From positions 14,129 to 78,128 of the forward strand of contig JAYOBJ010000004.1 in assembly GCA_038104845.1 (NCBI GenBank): a stretch of 64,000 bases of DNA, written 5' to 3'. This document shows positions 59,048 to 64,000 of this stretch, piece by piece (position 1 is the first letter of the stretch; each line of letters starts with the position of its first letter). Below the pieces are notes generated by a model, which saw only the letters and a program-made list of their open reading frames with translations, did no database searches and was not told where the DNA came from. This DNA comes from Methanobacteriota archaeon. GTDB taxonomy: Archaea; Thermoplasmatota; Poseidoniia; Poseidoniales; Poseidoniaceae. A program made the translations under genes and the position numbers.

Positions 59048-59878
59048 ATGGACCACCCAATGCTTGTAGCGAACGGCGTTTCCAAGTCGTTCGGTGATGT
59101 ACAGGCCTTGATCAATGTTACATTAAGCATCGGTGAAGGAGAAATCGTTGGCTTGGTGGGTTCCAACGGCGCTGGCAAAACCACGTTGCTGCGTTTGCTC
59201 GCAGGCGTGTATCGGCCTTCCGAAGGGACGCTGGCACTCGGCGATGGGACGGATGTGGCCAAAGGTCGTCGGCGACTCGGTGTTGTCCCTGAGTCAACCG
59301 GGTTATACAGCCGGCTCACGGCTTGGGAAAACATTCGCTACCACGCCCGCTTGCACGGTGTTCCGGATGACGTGGCCTGGACCCGAACCCAGCATTATGC
59401 TCGCCTCCTGGACATGTTGCCTCATCTTGGGCGACACACGAAAGGGTTCTCCCGTGGCATGCGTCAAAAAACCGCATTGCTGCGTGCGTTGGCGCATCAC
59501 CCCAGCATGTTGTTGCTCGATGAGCCAACGGCCGGGCTGGATGTCACCAGCGCTCGAACCGTGAAGCAACTGGTGCGGTCGTTGGGTGATGAAGGAAAAA
59601 CCGTCATTTATTCCACGCACCAACTTGCGGAAGCAGAACAAGTTTGCACGCGCATCATCATCATTCACAACGGTGAGGTTCGGGCCGACGGCACACCCCA
59701 GCAGTTGCTTCAATTCACGGAAACGACGAACCTTGAGGAAGCGTATGTCGCCCTTTCCAGCGACCGCGCTCGCAGTGTGGACCAATCCGAAAAGCCGTTG
59801 TCGAGTTGGAGTCGACGATGGCGTGGTTTGTTCACGCCACGAACACCGCTGTCACCAGGGGTGAGTGAAGATGAGTGA
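59048..59878 (+). CDS. ABC transporter ATP-binding protein (NatA-like)
   Basis: GSNGAGKTT, FSRGMRQK, LLLDEPT, YSTH. Confidence 0.93.
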   Translation: MDHPMLVANGVSKSFGDVQALINVTLSIGEGEIVGLVGSNGAGKTTLLRLLAGVYRPSEGTLALGDGTDVAKGRRRLGVVPESTGLYSRLTAWENIRYHARLHGVPDDVAWTRTQHYARLLDMLPHLGRHTKGFSRGMRQKTALLRALAHHPSMLLLDEPTAGLDVTSARTVKQLVRSLGDEGKTVIYSTHQLAEAEQVCTRIIIIHNGEVRADGTPQQLLQFTETTNLEEAYVALSSDRARSVDQSEKPLSSWSRRWRGLFTPRTPLSPGVSEDE

Positions 59879-61088
59879 GGGCCGTCGCAGGGTGGCGACC
59901 GTTGCCAAGAAAGAACTGGTCGAATTCGTCCGGGATTGGCGCACCATTGTCGCCATTCTCGTGATTCCCGTTCTCATGTTCCCCGTGCTGTTCATCTTGT
60001 TCCCTTTGTTGCTTGAGGCGGAAGCGCAAGAGCTTGATGCCCTCGTTGTTCGGGTTGAACTCCAAGCCGACGACCCTCCCCTCATGCTTCTGGATGCGCT
60101 CGATCAAACCGGCATTGACCTGGCTGTGGTTGACCTCCCGCTGCTGCAGAATCTGACCGACGCCAACCTCGATGTTGAACGATTGCGGCAAGGTCAGTTG
60201 GACGCACTGTTGCGGGTACGTGCCAACAACAGCACATGGGAATATGCCACCCTGCACCTCTCGACATCTGAGCAAAGCAACGAAGCGAGAGCTCGTGTGA
60301 TGTCGGCGGTGGCTGAGTGGGAACGAAACGAAACAACGTTCAGGATTGAGGCCGCTGGTCTGGATGCCAACAACACCCTCAACCCGGTGGTCTGGAACGG
60401 GTCCATTGCGGACGCTGATGCTGCCAGCCGAGGTGAACAAGCGGGGCTTGCGCTTTCCCTGTTCATCCCGCTGGTTTTGGCCGTGTGGACGTTTTCATCT
60501 GCCATTCAACCGTCCATTGACATGACGGCAGGGGAACGTGAGCGTGGGACGCTCGAGGCCCTATTGGGGCTGCCGTGCACGCGGTTGGAATTGCTGCTGG
60601 GGAAATGGTTGGCCGTGGCGACCATCACCGCTGCTGGTGTGTTGCTTCAGATCGCGGGCCTGATGTTTGCCATCGGTTACCTCGCCACGTCCGACATCAT
60701 TGCCGTTCCGTCCCTCTCCTTCTCGGTCATTGGATTGCTGTGCATCGCAGTGTTGCTGTTTGCTATCACGGTTGTGGCGATTGAATTGGCACTGGCCATG
60801 CGTTCGCACAGTGTCAAAGAAGCGGGTTCTGTGCTGGGTCCTGCCGTGCTCCTGATCCTCTTCCCTGCCTTGTTCACCCAGGTCATCAACTTGGATAACA
60901 TCGAGATGTTTTGGTTTGCCATCCCTGTGGTGAACATCTTGTTGGCGCTACGGGAATTGTTGCTCAATCGCGTGGTTCTGAGCCACATCACCGTTTGGTT
61001 CCTCAGTTCTGCGGTGTACGCTATATTGGCAGCCCTCTATGCTGCACGTCAATTCAAACGCGAAGACATCGTCACGACGTTGTCTTGA
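59871..61088 (+). CDS. ABC-2 permease (NatB-like)
   Basis: KKELVEFVRD, AGERERGTLEALL, LLLGKW, SVKEA. Confidence 0.9.
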   Translation: MSEGRRRVATVAKKELVEFVRDWRTIVAILVIPVLMFPVLFILFPLLLEAEAQELDALVVRVELQADDPPLMLLDALDQTGIDLAVVDLPLLQNLTDANLDVERLRQGQLDALLRVRANNSTWEYATLHLSTSEQSNEARARVMSAVAEWERNETTFRIEAAGLDANNTLNPVVWNGSIADADAASRGEQAGLALSLFIPLVLAVWTFSSAIQPSIDMTAGERERGTLEALLGLPCTRLELLLGKWLAVATITAAGVLLQIAGLMFAIGYLATSDIIAVPSLSFSVIGLLCIAVLLFAITVVAIELALAMRSHSVKEAGSVLGPAVLLILFPALFTQVINLDNIEMFWFAIPVVNILLALRELLLNRVVLSHITVWFLSSAVYAILAALYAARQFKREDIVTTLS

Positions 61089-62574
61089 CCAAAAATGAAT
61101 CAATGGCTTCCTTGATGATGCCAATCAGTAAATCGATCTCCTCCGATGTGATGTTGAAATGAGGTGTGAACCGAAGGGCGTTGACACCGCCGTGGATGAC
61201 GCCCAAGCCGCGTCGACGGCACCATGGTTCAACGGCATCCATCCCCACCACCGGGAAACGTGTGGGTTCCAGTTCAGCGCTGCACAGCAATCCGGTGCCT
61301 TGGACTTTGGTGATGACCTCGGGGTATTCGGCTTGCAGTGTCTTCAATTTCTCAACAAACTCTTCGCCGCGAGCCTTGATGTTGTGGCGGAGTTCCGGCG
61401 TCATCCTCTCGAGCACGGCCACAGCGGTCTCCAACGCACGAGGGTTGGTGGTCATGGTGTTTCCATAGATGCCCGTCACGTAAAGTGACGCAGCCCGTTC
61501 GTTCATACCAAGGACGGACAGTGGGTATTGCCCAGCGTTGAGCGCTTTGGACCAGGTTTCCAAATCGGGAACCACGCAATCTTCGAATCCATCGTAATCG
61601 ATCACCGACAGTGTGCCTTGTCCACGAATGCCTGCTTGAATGGAATCGACCAAAAGCAACGATCCGTGTTCCATGGTGATGGCCCGTGCTGCATCGTAAA
61701 ACTCCCGGGTAACGCACTGGCCGGGGTTGCCTTCACCCTGGACAGGTTCGATGGCCAAGAGTTCAATGAACACATTGTCACGATCGGCTTGTTCATAGGC
61801 TGCGTGGAGGGCGTTAACGTCGTTGGCTGGAATCAAAATCAGGTTGTCGCGAGATTGGAAACTGGCCAAATGCTGATCGTACTTGCTCTTGCACGAGTGC
61901 GACATCTGGGCGGGTCGATCGGTTCGTCCATGGAAGCCTTGTTCAATGGCCATGATTTTGATGTTCTTGCCTTCATGCGGACCACCGGGGCCGGTCATGC
62001 GTTGTGCGTTGACGTCGGCAATGCGCATGCTGACGGTGACGGATTCGGATCCGCTGTTCATGCAGATGAATTTCGTGAAGGGGCAATGGCCACGCGTGTG
62101 GCCCAGTTCAGTACGGAGCCGTTCTTCCAAACGTTTTTGTGAAAAGGAAGGTGTCATCACGTTGGCCATCACCCAGTTGTTCGACATGGCATGAATGATG
62201 TCGTGAGGCCCGTGTCCTGCCCCGAGCATGCCGTAGCCCCCGTTGTCGTGGACAACCGCTCCGTGAGAGGTCACCACCCAAGGGCCTCGAGCAGCGATGG
62301 CAACGTACGGATTGACGGTGGCGGGGTTGTAGAAATTCACATAGCCGGACTGCAACGATTCGATGAGTTCCATCTCGGCGCGGAACAAGGTGTCGCCGAA
62401 TTCGGATTGCAGACGTTCGAACACCTCACTGGCTTCAGAAATGGCTTGTTCAAGGAGTGGATCCAAATCCAGGAACCGTTGAATCTCTTCATCGGTCAAA
62501 CCCAACGTGGAGGCGTTGCCCGTGTTATCTCGGATTCGATGGAGTTGGCCGATGGACGGAGACAGCGTCATCAT
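61072..62574 (-). CDS. Class III aminotransferase, L-lysine 6-aminotransferase-like
   Basis: NSGSE, GFHGRT, EPVQGEG, DSIQAG, SKALNAG; N-terminus resembles bacterial LAT as recalled. Confidence 0.85.
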   Translation of the reverse strand: MMTLSPSIGQLHRIRDNTGNASTLGLTDEEIQRFLDLDPLLEQAISEASEVFERLQSEFGDTLFRAEMELIESLQSGYVNFYNPATVNPYVAIAARGPWVVTSHGAVVHDNGGYGMLGAGHGPHDIIHAMSNNWVMANVMTPSFSQKRLEERLRTELGHTRGHCPFTKFICMNSGSESVTVSMRIADVNAQRMTGPGGPHEGKNIKIMAIEQGFHGRTDRPAQMSHSCKSKYDQHLASFQSRDNLILIPANDVNALHAAYEQADRDNVFIELLAIEPVQGEGNPGQCVTREFYDAARAITMEHGSLLLVDSIQAGIRGQGTLSVIDYDGFEDCVVPDLETWSKALNAGQYPLSVLGMNERAASLYVTGIYGNTMTTNPRALETAVAVLERMTPELRHNIKARGEEFVEKLKTLQAEYPEVITKVQGTGLLCSAELEPTRFPVVGMDAVEPWCRRRGLGVIHGGVNALRFTPHFNITSEEIDLLIGIIKEAIDSFLVKTTS

Positions 62575-62703
62575 GTTACACGGTCTCACGAGGCCTTCTT
62601 TGAACATTGGGACAAACGGTGCCACCTGGGTGCGTTTGCGCGAATCAAAATATTCTCTTGATATTAGCATGGTATTATGTAGGTCGTGGTGTGAGGACGC
62701 TGT

Positions 62704-62877
62704 ATGCCCAAGGTCTCGTTGGACATGCCAACCGAGCTGTTGGACGATCTGCGGATGCACGTCGGGGACAACAAAAAATTCGTGAGTTTTGCTGACGCCG
62801 TTCGAACAGCGTGCAGAAAAATGTTGGACCACCTCGATGAAGTGGATCGAAGGCACGGTCGAGGTGAGGATGCATGA
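62704..62877 (+). CDS. Ribbon-helix-helix (CopG-like) protein, 57 aa, absent from the ORF track
   Basis: Hand translation MPKVSLDMPTELLDDLRMHVGDNKKFVSFADAVRTACRKMLDHLDEVDRRHGRGEDA; ATGA overlap with folE. Confidence 0.82.
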   Translation: MPKVSLDMPTELLDDLRMHVGDNKKFVSFADAVRTACRKMLDHLDEVDRRHGRGEDA

Positions 62878-63449
62878 CGACCAAAGATGAAGCCATGGCG
62901 GCCGTTCGGGTACTGCTGAACTACCTTGAGGGTGATGAGCACGCCACCCGCGAAGGACTGGAGGCGACACCGCGTCGGGTCATTGAATCGTGGGATGAGG
63001 TGTTTGCCGGGTATGGCCAATCGGCCAGTGCCTTGCTCGACGCCACCTTCAACGGTGAAGGCTACGATGGCATCGTGCTGTTGCGCAACATCGAGTTTCA
63101 TTCCACCTGCGAGCACCATCTACAGCCCTTCCGTGGCCGCGCCCATGTCGCCTACATACCGGTTGAGCGGATTGTGGGCATCAGTAAACTCGCTCGTCTT
63201 GTCGACATGCACGCACGTCGACTGCAAAATCAAGAGCGAATCACGAAATCCGTTGCTGATGACCTCGAGAAGCACTTGAAACCGCTTGGTGCTGCCGTGA
63301 TTTTGGAAGCCTCCCACGGTTGCATGCAGTGCAGGGGTGTGGCCAAACAGGAAGCCATCATGACCACTTCGTCCATGCGCGGCGTCTTTTTTGACAAGCG
63401 TGAGGCACGATCCGAACTGATGCAGTTGATTCAACAACCCGTCCTTTGA
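62874..63449 (+). CDS. folE: GTP cyclohydrolase IA
   Basis: REGLEATPRRV, STCEHH, GISKLAR, RLQNQER, HGCMQCRG. Confidence 0.95.
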   Translation: MTTKDEAMAAVRVLLNYLEGDEHATREGLEATPRRVIESWDEVFAGYGQSASALLDATFNGEGYDGIVLLRNIEFHSTCEHHLQPFRGRAHVAYIPVERIVGISKLARLVDMHARRLQNQERITKSVADDLEKHLKPLGAAVILEASHGCMQCRGVAKQEAIMTTSSMRGVFFDKREARSELMQLIQQPVL

Positions 63450-63458
63450 GGTGAACCT

Positions 63459-64000
63459 GTGGAACCTTGCATCAGAGCCGGCGGACCGTTGGGCGACGAT
63501 CCAGCCGATTTGGCCGTTGAATACAACATCGTGGAGATTTTTCACAGCGTTCAAGGTGAAGGGTTCCACTCCGGAATCCCCCATGTGTTCGTTCGGTTCG
63601 GTCGATGCAACCTCGCCTGCGAATGGTGTGACACCGATTTTGACACCTATGAAACCATGACGGCACTTGACGTGCTCGGCGAGGTGCTCAAGTTTCCATG
63701 CCAACGGGTGATTTTTACCGGTGGAGAGCCGATGTTGAACGATCTCTGGCCTTTGCAACGGTTGCTGAAAGCCAGAGGGTACACCCTCTCGGTGGAAACG
63801 AACGGGACGGTTGCCATTCCAGATGGCCTCCTGGACTGGGTGTGCGTGTCGCCTAAGGACCAAGTCTACCCAAACTTGACCCTTCGTCAGCGGACGGGCA
63901 ACGAACTCAAATGTGTTTATGTTGGCCAACCGCTTTCCATGTACGATACGTTGGTGGATGGATTCGACCACCGTTTTCTCCAACCGTTGTACGATGAATC
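63459..64000 (+). CDS. queE: 7-carboxy-7-deazaguanine synthase, 3'-truncated by the window edge
   Basis: Hand translation: EIFHSVQGEG, FVRFGRCNLACEWCDTDF, FTGGEP, VETNG, VSPK; SD GAGGTGA. Confidence 0.92.
   Translation, partial: MEPCIRAGGPLGDDPADLAVEYNIVEIFHSVQGEGFHSGIPHVFVRFGRCNLACEWCDTDFDTYETMTALDVLGEVLKFPCQRVIFTGGEPMLNDLWPLQRLLKARGYTLSVETNGTVAIPDGLLDWVCVSPKDQVYPNLTLRQRTGNELKCVYVGQPLSMYDTLVDGFDHRFLQPLYDE

Noticed and set aside
63451..63660. Listed 69-aa ORF after folE
   Set aside because: Wrong frame; the real gene is queE from GTG 63459 running off the window

Overview
Gene-dense, GC-rich archaeal core-genome segment. The gene set (archaeal uS12/uS7/EF-2, PriS, PAN, MBF1, Tsr3, Kae1, IPK, IDI-GGPPS fusion, many bacterial-type catabolic genes, GAGGTGA Shine-Dalgarno sites) suggests Thermoplasmatota, most likely Marine Group II (Ca. 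Poseidoniales); this taxon call is inference. It holds about 61 CDS and one tRNA-Val(GAC); no CRISPR, rRNA or mobile element was seen. Pathways: isoprenoid/mevalonate genes, non-oxidative pentose phosphate pathway, futalosine menaquinone genes (mqnE/A/D), dispersed histidine utilisation, methylmalonyl-CoA mutase/epimerase and folE-queE. Most notable: (1) a half-size deoxyhypusine hydroxylase (DOHH)-like protein with two correctly spaced HE motifs, coupled to the mqn operon; (2) a MamK-like actin; (3) a non-canonical GTTCAW promoter element 30-32 nt upstream of many start codons; (4) a membrane protein with four EF-hands and zinc ribbons, plus an SPCA-like Ca/Mn pump; (5) an RHH regulator missed by the ORF track heading folE-queE. 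All family calls come from motif recognition and recalled sequences, not database searches.
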